Source: Solirubrobacterales bacterium (GTDB lineage: Bacteria; Actinomycetota; Thermoleophilia; Solirubrobacterales; JBBDJG01). Taken from it: 64,000 nucleotides of DNA. The notes under the pieces are model-generated. The model was not told the DNA's origin and ran no database searches. It was given only the letters and a program-made list of their open reading frames with translations. The stretch's first letter is position 1, and every line of letters begins with the position of its first letter. The stretch is from NCBI GenBank assembly GCA_038330145.1, contig JBBQNR010000005.1, positions 1,430 to 65,429 of the forward strand. Direction: 5' to 3'. This document shows, piece by piece, positions 17,304-25,497 of the stretch. The translations under genes were made by a program, and so were the position numbers.

Positions 17304-18371
17304 CTAGCCGTTCTTCGCCACCGGCTCGATGCGGTCGATCGCAGGCGTGCGTTTCTCCGTGATCAGGTCGAGCACCGCCTCCTCCACGACCCGGCGTACC
17401 GACGGGCGGACTATCTGGGTCGGGTCGTCCACGCCCTCGAGCGCGCCTCCGATCGTCCAGCCCGACTGGTAGCGGTCGAACACGCGCGGGTCGATGTAGG
17501 AGGCGCGGCAGACGGCCGGCGTGTTCCCGAGCATGAAGGCGACGCCCTTGACCGCCTCGTTCATGGCGCGTTTGCGCGCCGACTTCGTGGTCGCGTCGGC
17601 GCCCTCGTCGGCGAGCAGGACCGCCGCCAGCATGGTCGCGTTCCAGGTGCGGAAGTCCTTGGCCGAGAAGTCGGCGCACGTGGCGTGCTTTATGTAGTCG
17701 TTGATGTCGGTCGAGCTGATGTCGTGCCAGCGGCGACTGTTGCGGTACGCCAGCAGCTCCGGCCCGCCGCCGCGCCTGCGCTTCAGCTCGGCGACGATCC
17801 TGCGGATCTCCGGGCCCACGATCGGTTCCTGCACGCCGCGCGCTCCGCTCTTGGCCGGGTAGTCGAAGCTGAGCCCCGTGCCGTTGATGGTCACGTGCTC
17901 CTTCAGCAGCGTCGCCAGGCCGTAGCTCTCGTTGCGTTCCGCGTAGTCCTCGGATCCGATCCGGAAGAATCCGTGGTCGAGCAGGTGCACGGCGCATGCG
18001 AGCACCTGCTCGCGGCTCATGTCGGGCATCCGCAGATCCGCGGCGACGCGCTTTCGCATCCGCGGCAGTGCTCGCGCGAAGCCGATCATCTCGCCGAACT
18101 TCTCCTGGTCCCTTCGCTCGCGCCAGCGCTTGTGGTAGAGGTACTGCTTGCGCCCGGCGGAGTCGACCCCGGTTGCCTGGAGATGGCCGTTCGGGTGGCG
18201 GCAGATCCAGACGTCCTCCCAGGCAGGGGGGATCGCCAGCTCGCGGACACGCTCGAGGTCCTCGGCCGAGGTCAGGCGATTGCCGGAGGCGTCGACGTAC
18301 TCGAAGCCTTTGCCCCGCCGCCTGCGGCGGATCCCGGGCTGCGAGCAGTCGGATCGTTTCAGCCTTGCCAC
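17304..18371 (-). CDS. DNA topoisomerase IB (bacterial, poxvirus-like type)
   Basis: ORF track 17304..18557. I prefer the GTG at 18371 ('VARLKRSDCSQPGIRRRRRGKGFEY'), because the longer N-terminus overlaps the divergent gene. 'ELAIPPAWEDVWIC', 'KQYLYHKRW' and the C-terminal 'CRASYIDPRVF' (active-site Tyr region) fit TopIB. Its stop abuts the convergent stop of the previous gene (TAG|CTA at 17301-17306). Confidence 0.8.
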   Translation of the reverse strand: MARLKRSDCSQPGIRRRRRGKGFEYVDASGNRLTSAEDLERVRELAIPPAWEDVWICRHPNGHLQATGVDSAGRKQYLYHKRWRERRDQEKFGEMIGFARALPRMRKRVAADLRMPDMSREQVLACAVHLLDHGFFRIGSEDYAERNESYGLATLLKEHVTINGTGLSFDYPAKSGARGVQEPIVGPEIRRIVAELKRRRGGGPELLAYRNSRRWHDISSTDINDYIKHATCADFSAKDFRTWNATMLAAVLLADEGADATTKSARKRAMNEAVKGVAFMLGNTPAVCRASYIDPRVFDRYQSGWTIGGALEGVDDPTQIVRPSVRRVVEEAVLDLITEKRTPAIDRIEPVAKNG

Positions 18372-18499
18372 CCAACCGTTGTGCCCCAGCGGGCGTTTCC
18401 GCAATCGGCCCAGCCCCGCGCCAGGCCTGAGCCCGTCCTGCTCCGATGGCCCAGGTTCAAGTCCTGGGCGCAAAAAGACGACAAATACGAAGGCCGACG

Positions 18500-19663
18500 A
18501 TGGCGTCCAGGCCGGCCAGGGACCCGATGTTCGACGAAGCCACATTTCAGAAGGCACGAGTGCTGGTCGTTGACGACCAGGCTGAGACCGCGACGATGCT
18601 CGAGCGCATGCTCAGGAGCGAGGGCTACACGAACATCGTCACCACCTCGGACTCCACGCAGGTGGTCGGACTGTGCGCGCGCACCCCGCCGGACCTCGTG
18701 CTGCTGGACCTCCACATGCCCGCGCCGGACGGCTACGAGGTGATGGAGATGCTCAAGCCCTGGATCGAGGGAAGGTGGTTCCCAATCCTGGTGCTGTCGG
18801 CAGACATGACGCCCGACGCCCGCAGCCGAGCGCTCTCGGCCGGCGCCAAGGACTTTCTCAGCAAGCCGATTGACAACTCCGAGCTGATGCAGCGGATCAG
18901 GAACCTGCTCGAGGCGCGCTTCATGCAGCTCGAGCTGCGCGGGCAGAGCCTCACGCTCGAGCAACAGGTGGACGATCGCACGCGGGAGCTGACCGAGGCG
19001 CGCATGGAGATCCTCGAGCGGCTTGCCGTCGCCTCGGAGTACCGCGACGACGACACGGGCGAGCACAGCCAGCGCATCGGTCGCACGTCGGCGCTGATCG
19101 CTGAGGCGCTCGGTCTCCCGGACGAGACCGTGACGCTGATTCGCTTCGCCGCGCCGCTACACGACATCGGCAAGATCGGCGTGCCGGACCAGATCCTGCT
19201 CAAGCCGGGCAAGCTGACCGAGAGCGAGTTCGACGTGATGAAAAACCACGTCAACATCGGCGCCTTCATCCTCTCGCGCAGTCAGTCGCCGATCCTGCGC
19301 ATGGGCGAGGAGATCTCCCGCACCCACCACGAGTGGTGGGATGGCAGCGGCTACGCGGCCGGCCTCGCGGGCAACGAGATCCCCCTCAGTGGCCGCATCG
19401 TCGCCGTGGCGGATGTCTTCGACGCCCTCGTCCAGAATCGTCCGTACAAGGCGGCATGGCCCATTGCGCAGGCGGTCGAGGAGATCTCACGGCTGGCCGG
19501 TCAGCACTTCGATCCCCGCGTGGTGAAGGCCTTCGAAAAACTCGATCACGAGTTGCTGCTGAAGCCGGTCGAGTCGCCGGTCCAGATCCTCCCCCGTGAC
19601 GCGGATCCGCACGCGCCGGGGCTGGCCGAGAACCGGCTCCGCTACGCATCGCTGATCAATTAG
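18500..19663 (+). CDS. Response regulator: receiver domain + HD-GYP domain (RpfG-like)
   Basis: ORF 18446..19663; the start could be ATG 18500 or 18527. REC: 'RVLVVDDQ..DLVLLDLHMPAPDGY..SKP'. HD-GYP: 'LHDIGKIGVPD' and 'HHEWWDGSGYAAGL', where the GYP motif reads GYA. Confidence 0.85.
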   Translation: MASRPARDPMFDEATFQKARVLVVDDQAETATMLERMLRSEGYTNIVTTSDSTQVVGLCARTPPDLVLLDLHMPAPDGYEVMEMLKPWIEGRWFPILVLSADMTPDARSRALSAGAKDFLSKPIDNSELMQRIRNLLEARFMQLELRGQSLTLEQQVDDRTRELTEARMEILERLAVASEYRDDDTGEHSQRIGRTSALIAEALGLPDETVTLIRFAAPLHDIGKIGVPDQILLKPGKLTESEFDVMKNHVNIGAFILSRSQSPILRMGEEISRTHHEWWDGSGYAAGLAGNEIPLSGRIVAVADVFDALVQNRPYKAAWPIAQAVEEISRLAGQHFDPRVVKAFEKLDHELLLKPVESPVQILPRDADPHAPGLAENRLRYASLIN

Positions 19664-19702
19664 TCCGCTTTCGCGACCAAACGGTCAGGCAGCGCTCGCC
19701 GT

Positions 19703-19759
19703 CTAGATGATTGATTCCGCGGCCCCGTGCGTACGTGGATCGTGGAATCAATCATCTGG
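19703..19759. repeat. 57-bp inverted-repeat miniature element, copy A (reverse orientation relative to copies B and C)
   Basis: Sequence: ctagatgattgattcc-gcggccccgtgcgtacgtggatcgt-ggaatcaatcatctgg. The 16-nt terminal arms are complementary at 15/16 positions. The reverse complement matches 54297..54353. It ends 2 nt from the stop (19762) of the adjacent gene. Confidence 0.75.
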
Positions 19760-19761
19760 CC

Positions 19762-20468
19762 CTATGGGGTAACGACGCCCTGGCGCAGGAAGACGGCCTC
19801 GTCTCCGCTGCCGCAGGTGAGCGGGCAGCCGCTCGCCGCCGAACCGACGTCGCCATCGGGGCCCGCGTCCTCGACGTTGACGGAGAAGGTCGAGATCACG
19901 GCGCGGCTACCCTCGCGCGCGTAGCCGGGCACCAGGGTGTCCGCCGTGGTGGAGACGTTGCAGTCGCTTCCGGTGGCCGGGTCGAGGCTCGCCGAGCAGA
20001 GCACCGGCACGGAGAGCTCGAGGTCCTGCACCGTGGCCGGAACGTCCTCGAGCGGGCCGCTGGCGCGGTCGGTGATGCGGATCGCCGTCGTGTAGATGAC
20101 CTTGCCGGTGTAATCACCGCCGTCGCTCGCTCGCCGAACGTCGCTGGCCTGGCCCGCAATCCTGACGTCGGCCTCGTCGGCCGCGTGCCCGGGTTTCCCG
20201 GCAGCACGTCGTAGGGCTTGGTGTAGTCGATCAGCGCCCGCTCGTCCACCTGCACCGGTATCTGCTGCCAGCCGGCGGAGAAGCGGAACGCGATCACGGC
20301 TCCCGGCTGCTCTCCGACCAGCGGGGTGATCTGCGCCCCCGTGAAGACGACGGGGTCTTCGGGACGATTGGTCGGCGCCGCCTGGGCCGGCAGGGCGAGT
20401 GCAAGCGCAGTGAGCAGGGATGCGAAGCCGCATGCCGCGCTGAGCCTGGCGCTGCGAATCCCCTTCAA
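19762..20468 (-). pseudogene. Small secreted protein carrying a shortened copy of the conserved C-terminal module; reading frame is broken by a 1-nt shift near 20190-20200
   Basis: Two overlapping ORFs cover it. ORF 19896..20468 gives the signal peptide 'MKGIRSARLSAACGFASLLTALALALPAQA' up to '..YDVLPGNPG'. ORF 19762..20472 continues with 'HAADEADVRIAGQASDVRR...CGSGDEAVFLRQGVVTP'. The junction 'LPGNPG|HAADEADVRI' aligns to 'LPGNPSTLGDEADLRI' of the protease. The shift lies in the cccggg run. Confidence 0.65.
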
Positions 20469-20536
20469 CCACCCTCCCGTGCTTGGCCGAAGGCCATTGT
20501 AGTGAGGGTTTCTGGTCCGTGGGTGCGAAATCGCGA

Positions 20537-20609
20537 TGCGCCCGGAGGGATTCGAACCCTCGACTCCCGGATTAAAAGTCCGGAGCTCTGACCCCTGAGC
20601 TACAGGCGC
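20537..20609 (-). tRNA. tRNA-Lys (anticodon UUU)
   Basis: Hand-folded 73-nt cloverleaf: acceptor GCGCCTG/CGGGCGC (one G-U pair), D arm GCTC..GAGC, anticodon stem CCGGA/TCCGG with loop CTTTTAA, T arm GAGGG-TTCGAAT-CCCTC, discriminator A. CCA is not encoded. Confidence 0.9.
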
Positions 20610-20660
20610 CGACCTAAGGTAGCGGAGCCCGCCGCGCTCCCACCCGAGGCGCCCCTGCGG

Positions 20661-21560
20661 CTACCCGAGCACGGCCGCGACGGACCTGCCGGCCTTCCTG
20701 CGCTTCCCTTTCTTTTTCTTGGCCTTGCACTCCACCGTCTGGTCGGTCTTCGTCCCGGCCTTGGGCGACTGCTTGTAGACCTTCCCGCTGCCCTTGATCC
20801 TGTACTTGCAGCCGGCCTTCGCGAGAACCTGTTGTGCCTTCTTGACGGACCTGCCCTTGACGCTCGGGACGGTGCAGCCGCCGGCGCTCTTGCCGCCCGC
20901 CGGCGTAACCGCCGGCAGCGCCGCTGGCACGATGGGCGCCACGACAGGCGGAGAGGCGTAGAAGCTTGCGGCCAGGAACAGCGACGGTGATTCCGGCGCG
21001 AAGTCGAAGACGTCGTCGTACTTGACCCGCGGGGTTCCCTGATCGTCGGCGCTGACGACGTCGAGCGCCAGCGTTGCCGGTGCCCCGACGCCGAGCTGCT
21101 CCAGAGTTGCGGAGAAGCCGCCGGCGCCGACGGGCGTCAGAGGCGGTCCGTCCGAGAAGTCGAAGCTGTCCACTCCGTCCCAGGTACCGAGGCTCGGACC
21201 GATGTCAGGTCCGCTTCGGCCCAGGATCAGCACAGCCCTGTCGGCGCCGAAGTGGCCGGTGGCCGCATTGCCGTCGGTGTCGATGTAGGTGGATACGGAG
21301 TCGCCTGCGGCCAGAGAGCCTGCCGCCGACATCGACTGGACAGCCGGCTTGACCGTCACGTTGCAGGTCGCATCGAGAGAGGCCTCCAGGTCGAGCAACT
21401 CGGGAGCGCCGTTGCCGTCCGCATCCTGGTCATCGAAGCTCGCCGTGCGCGGCGTCGAGAAGCAGGCCGCCTCTGCCGCTCCGGCGCCGAAAGCGAGCAG
21501 CAGCACGCCGGCAGCCGCCACGAGAGCGGCGAGCGCAAGCCGCTTGCCCCTGTCCTTCAT
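20661..21560 (-). CDS. Secreted hypothetical protein with a single C-terminal PASTA-like domain and a Lys-rich tail
   Basis: ORF track, 299 aa. Signal 'MKDRGKRLALAALVAAAGVLLLAFGAGAAEA'. The C-terminal 'CTVPSVKGRSVKKAQQVLAKAGCKYRIKGSGKVYKQSPKAGTK' resembles PASTA. Confidence 0.55.
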   Translation of the reverse strand: MKDRGKRLALAALVAAAGVLLLAFGAGAAEAACFSTPRTASFDDQDADGNGAPELLDLEASLDATCNVTVKPAVQSMSAAGSLAAGDSVSTYIDTDGNAATGHFGADRAVLILGRSGPDIGPSLGTWDGVDSFDFSDGPPLTPVGAGGFSATLEQLGVGAPATLALDVVSADDQGTPRVKYDDVFDFAPESPSLFLAASFYASPPVVAPIVPAALPAVTPAGGKSAGGCTVPSVKGRSVKKAQQVLAKAGCKYRIKGSGKVYKQSPKAGTKTDQTVECKAKKKKGKRRKAGRSVAAVLG

Positions 21561-21685
21561 CTTCCCTCCTTGGAACGCTGATCCAGACCTTTCCGACAGT
21601 AGCCCGGCAAAAGGAGGTCGGTCAAGAAAAGCTCACATACTCAGGCGGAACGCGCCGGCGCGACCTCGCCCAGGCAGCAGGCGCG

Positions 21686-23299
21686 CTAGTGCCGGAAGTG
21701 GCGCCGGCCCGTGAAGACCATCGCCACGCCCGCGCGGTCGGCCGCCTCGATCACCTCGGCGTCACGCATCGATCCGCCGGGCTGGATGATCGCGGTCACG
21801 CCTGCCTCGATCGCCAGCTCGGGGCCGTCCGCGAACGGGAAGAAGGCGTCGGACGCAAGCGCCGAGCCCTTGACCGCCGCGTTCTCGCGTGTCGCCTTGT
21901 CGACCGCGAGTCGCACCGACTCGACGCGGCTCATCTGACCGGCGCCGATGCCGATCGTCGCAAGGTCCTTGGCGATCACGATTGCGTTGGAGCGCACGTG
22001 CTTGACGACCTTCCAGGCGAACAGCATGTCGCCCCACTCGTCCTCGGTCGGCGAGCGCTTGGTGACGACGTCCATCGTCGCCCGCTCCTGCATGTCGCCG
22101 TCGCGATCCTGCACCAGCACGCCACCGGTCACGCGGCGCATGTCGCGCTCGCCGACGATGATCTTGCGGCGCTCGGAGTCGTCGATGATGCGCACGTTGG
22201 GCTTGCTCTGGAGGATCTCGAGGGCGCCCTCCCCGTAGCCGGGCGCGAACAACAGCTCGACGAAGTTCTCGTTCAGCTTCTGCGCCAGGTCGGCGTCGAC
22301 CTCGCGGTTGACCACGACCACTCCGCCGAAGGCGCTCTCGGGGTCACCCGCGAGCGCGCGGTCGTAGGCCTGGTGGATCGTCTCGCCGACGGCGCAGCCG
22401 CAGGGGTTGTTGTGCTTGATGATCGCCACCGCCGGCAGCTCGAACTCGCGCAGCAGGCGCCGGCCCGAGTCGAGGTCGAGCAGGTTGTTGAAGGAAAGCT
22501 CCCGGCCGTGCAGCTTCGCCGTGCGCGCCAGCAGGTGCGTGCGAACCCCCGTCTCCTCGTAGTAGGCGGCGCGCTGATGAGGGTTCTCGCCGTAGGTGAG
22601 GTCGAGCACCTTCTCGAACGACGCCACCATGTGCTGCGGGAACTCGTCCTCGCGCTCGGCGAACCAGCTCGAGATCGCCGCGTCGTAGCGGGCGGTGAGC
22701 CCGAAGGCGTCGGTGGCCAGCGTCTGGCGCGTCTGCCCCGACACCGAGCCGTTCAGCTCGCGCAGCTCCTCTATCACGGCGTCGTAGCTCTCGGGCCGCA
22801 CCACGACCGCCACGAAGGCGTGGTTCTTGGCGGCGGCACGGATCAGCGTCGGGCCGCCGATGTCGATCTGCTCGATCACCTCGTCGTCGCTGGCGCCTCT
22901 GCGGGCGGCCGTGCGCTCGAAGGGATAGAGGTTCACGCAGACGAGGTCGATCGGCTCGATTCCGTGCTCGGCCAGAGTCTCGCGGTGGTCGGGCTTGGAC
23001 CTGATCGCCAGCAGGCCGGCGTAGATGGATGGGTGGAGCGTCTTCACCCGCCCGTCGAGGATCTCAGGGAAGCCGGTGTAGTCCTCGATCGATCGCGAGT
23101 CGAGCCCGGCACGCCCCAGCTCCGCCGCCGTGCCGCCGGTCGAGACGATCTCGATACCGAGGTCGGTCAGCGCCCGGGCGAACTCGACCAAGCCGCGCTT
23201 GTCGGAGACGCTCAGCAGCGCACGCTCGATCTTGAGGTCGCCTGCGCCCCCCTGCTCGGCCACGGCCACGGACTCCTTCGCTTGCCTTGTGTCGCTCAC
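21686..23299 (-). CDS. purH: Bifunctional AICAR transformylase / IMP cyclohydrolase
   Basis: ORF track, 537 aa. 'RALLSVSDKRGLVEFA..LVSTGGTA' (MGS-like IMPCH) followed by an AICARFT region. The GTG start overlaps the purN stop (GTGA). Confidence 0.95.
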   Translation of the reverse strand: MSDTRQAKESVAVAEQGGAGDLKIERALLSVSDKRGLVEFARALTDLGIEIVSTGGTAAELGRAGLDSRSIEDYTGFPEILDGRVKTLHPSIYAGLLAIRSKPDHRETLAEHGIEPIDLVCVNLYPFERTAARRGASDDEVIEQIDIGGPTLIRAAAKNHAFVAVVVRPESYDAVIEELRELNGSVSGQTRQTLATDAFGLTARYDAAISSWFAEREDEFPQHMVASFEKVLDLTYGENPHQRAAYYEETGVRTHLLARTAKLHGRELSFNNLLDLDSGRRLLREFELPAVAIIKHNNPCGCAVGETIHQAYDRALAGDPESAFGGVVVVNREVDADLAQKLNENFVELLFAPGYGEGALEILQSKPNVRIIDDSERRKIIVGERDMRRVTGGVLVQDRDGDMQERATMDVVTKRSPTEDEWGDMLFAWKVVKHVRSNAIVIAKDLATIGIGAGQMSRVESVRLAVDKATRENAAVKGSALASDAFFPFADGPELAIEAGVTAIIQPGGSMRDAEVIEAADRAGVAMVFTGRRHFRH

Positions 23300-23955
23300 T
23301 GGCTCTCCTCCAGGACGCTTTCGTCCACGTGCACGGTTCTTGGATTGTCGCTGTCGAGCCTGACGGCACCACGCGCGATCAGGCCGATGGCTCGCGGCAG
23401 CAGCTCATGTTCGGTCCGGTGCAGGAGCTCGCGGACCTGCTCCGGATCCCGAGTGTAGGGAAGCCTGACGGGCTCCTGAAGTATCACCGGCCCCGAGTCT
23501 ACGCCTGCGTCGACGAAATGCACCGTGACGCCCCCGACCTTGACGCCGTAGGCCACCTGGTCCTCGATCGGTTGCGCGCCGGGGAAGGCGGGCAGCAGCG
23601 ACGGATGGACGTTGATCACCCGCTCCGGGAACGCCGACAGGAAGCCGGGCGTCAGCAGGTGCATGAAGCCGGCCAGCACGACCAGGTCCACTCCGCGCTC
23701 GGCAAGCCAGGCCGCCATCGCGCCATCGCGCTGCTCACGGCCGTCGTAGCGGTCGAGCTCGAAGGCAGCGCTCTCGACCCCCGCAGCCGCGGCGCGGTCG
23801 AGCGCCCTCGCGCTCTCGCTGCTGCTCGCCACGGCGACGACATCGACCCCGTCGCGACCGTGCATCGTGTCCAGGATCGCCTGAAGGTTCGTGCCCGCGC
23901 CTGAGACGAGGACGCCCACGCCGAAACGCTCTTGACGGAAGCGCTCTTCCATCAC
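23296..23955 (-). CDS. purN: Phosphoribosylglycinamide formyltransferase
   Basis: ORF track, 219 aa. 'VGVLVSGAGTNLQAILD', 'VVLAGFMHLL', 'INVHPSLLPAFPG'. Confidence 0.9.
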   Translation of the reverse strand: MMEERFRQERFGVGVLVSGAGTNLQAILDTMHGRDGVDVVAVASSSESARALDRAAAAGVESAAFELDRYDGREQRDGAMAAWLAERGVDLVVLAGFMHLLTPGFLSAFPERVINVHPSLLPAFPGAQPIEDQVAYGVKVGGVTVHFVDAGVDSGPVILQEPVRLPYTRDPEQVRELLHRTEHELLPRAIGLIARGAVRLDSDNPRTVHVDESVLEESQ

Positions 23956-23992
23956 CTAACCCAGAACTCTGAGCCCAGAATCCTGGCCCCGC

Positions 23993-25495
23993 TCACGACC
24001 TGACTACCGCTAGCTCCTCGAGCGCGTGCTTGCCGTTCGCGTGCTCGGTCCCCTCGAGCGGGTACTCGCCGGTGAAGCAGGCGTCGCAGTGATCGCTGCG
24101 CGGGGTGCCGATGGCCTCGTAGACGCCTTCGATCGAGAGGTAGGCGAGCGAGTCGGCGCCCAGCTCGCGCGCGATCTCTGTCGGCTCGCGGCCGTGGGCG
24201 ATCATCTCCTCGCGGGTCGACATGTCGATCCCGTAGTGGCATGGGTGCCGGATCGGAGGCGCCGAGATGCGCAGGTGGACCTCCCTGGCGCCGGCGTCGC
24301 GCAGTATGCGCACGATCTGGCGGGTGGTGTTGCCGCGCACGATCGAGTCGTCCACGACCACCAGGCTCTTGCCCTGCACCACATCGGGCAGCGGGTTGAA
24401 CTTCATGCGCAGGCCGTGGTGGCGCAATTCCTGCCCGGGCTCTATGAACGTGCGCGCCACGTAGCGATTCTTGATCAGTCCGTCGTCCTGCGGGATGCCG
24501 GAGGCACGCGCGAAGCCCTTCGCCGCTGCGTTGCCGGAGTCGGGGACCGAGATCACGAGCTCGGCATCGACCGGCGCCTCGCGGGCCAGGAGCTCACCCA
24601 TCCGCCCGCGCACGGACTGAAGCGTGCGGCCCTCGAGCTTGGAGTCCGGGCGCGAGAAGTAGATGTGCTCGAACACGCAGAGGGCGCGCCTTGGCGACTC
24701 GACCGCCTGGCGGGCCTCGATCCCCCGCGCTCCGAGAGAGACCAGCTCGCCCGGTTGCACCTCGCGCATCAGCTTGGCGCCGATGATGTCCAGCGCGCAG
24801 CTCTCGGACGCCACCACGTAGCGGCCGTCGAGATCGCCCAGGCACAGCGGCCGCAGCCCCGCCGGATCACGGAAGGCAACCACGGCGTCGTCGGTCATGA
24901 TGACGGTCGAATAGGCGCCCGCCAGCCTCTCCATCACCTCGGCGACGGCGTCCTCGATCCGCTCCGCCGGATGCCGGGAGATCAGCGCGGCGATGATCTC
25001 CGAGTCGGAGGTGGAGCGGAATCGCACCCCCTCGGCCACCAGCTCGTTGTAGAGATCGACGGCATTGATGAGGTTGCCGTTGTGGGCAAGCGCGATCGGC
25101 CGGCGATCGTCGCGGTAGACGGGCTGCGAGTTGTCCCAGCCGCTCTTGCCGGTGGTCGAGTAGCGGACGTGGCCGACGGCGCTGTCGCCGGTGAGTGTCC
25201 TCAGACTGCGCTCGTCGAAGACCTGGGAGACGAGGCCGAGATCGCGCTGGGTGGTGATGTGGCCGTTCTCGCAGGTGGCCATGCCGGCCGATTCCTGCCC
25301 GCGGTGCTGGAGCGCATAGAGGGCGAAATAGGTGAGCCTGGCGACGTCGTGCTCGGGCGCGTAGACGCCGAAGACGCCGCACTCGTCGCGCGGGCCCTCG
25401 CGGTCGGAGAGCGGCGCCACCTGCTCGCTGCCTTCGGGTTCCTGAAAGCGAACGCGCTCCTGCGCGCCGGACGTGGCAGGGTGCTGTTCACGCAT
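23993..25495 (-). CDS. purF: Amidophosphoribosyltransferase
   Basis: ORF track 23993..25792. I use the in-frame ATG at 25495, 2 nt after the purL stop. It has a propeptide followed by 'CGVFGVY' (Ntn Cys), a PRPP loop 'VVVDDSIVRGNT' and C-terminal Cys ligands. Confidence 0.92.
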   Translation of the reverse strand: MREQHPATSGAQERVRFQEPEGSEQVAPLSDREGPRDECGVFGVYAPEHDVARLTYFALYALQHRGQESAGMATCENGHITTQRDLGLVSQVFDERSLRTLTGDSAVGHVRYSTTGKSGWDNSQPVYRDDRRPIALAHNGNLINAVDLYNELVAEGVRFRSTSDSEIIAALISRHPAERIEDAVAEVMERLAGAYSTVIMTDDAVVAFRDPAGLRPLCLGDLDGRYVVASESCALDIIGAKLMREVQPGELVSLGARGIEARQAVESPRRALCVFEHIYFSRPDSKLEGRTLQSVRGRMGELLAREAPVDAELVISVPDSGNAAAKGFARASGIPQDDGLIKNRYVARTFIEPGQELRHHGLRMKFNPLPDVVQGKSLVVVDDSIVRGNTTRQIVRILRDAGAREVHLRISAPPIRHPCHYGIDMSTREEMIAHGREPTEIARELGADSLAYLSIEGVYEAIGTPRSDHCDACFTGEYPLEGTEHANGKHALEELAVVRS

Positions 25496-25497
25496 AT

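Noticed and set aside
17304-20609. I considered a possible integrated element at tRNA-Lys. A virus-type topoisomerase IB, a pseudogene and a miniature repeat all lie on the 3-prime side of the tRNA.
   Set aside because: There is no integrase, excisionase or phage gene. I could not find a direct repeat of the tRNA 3-prime end by eye, and there is no obvious compositional shift. The evidence is insufficient.
23958-23990. A short imperfect direct repeat, cccagaactctg / cccagaatcctg, lies in the lower-GC purF-purN spacer. I considered it as a possible regulatory box.
   Set aside because: It is only 12 bp with two mismatches in a 37-bp spacer inside an operon. It is too short to distinguish from chance without comparative data.
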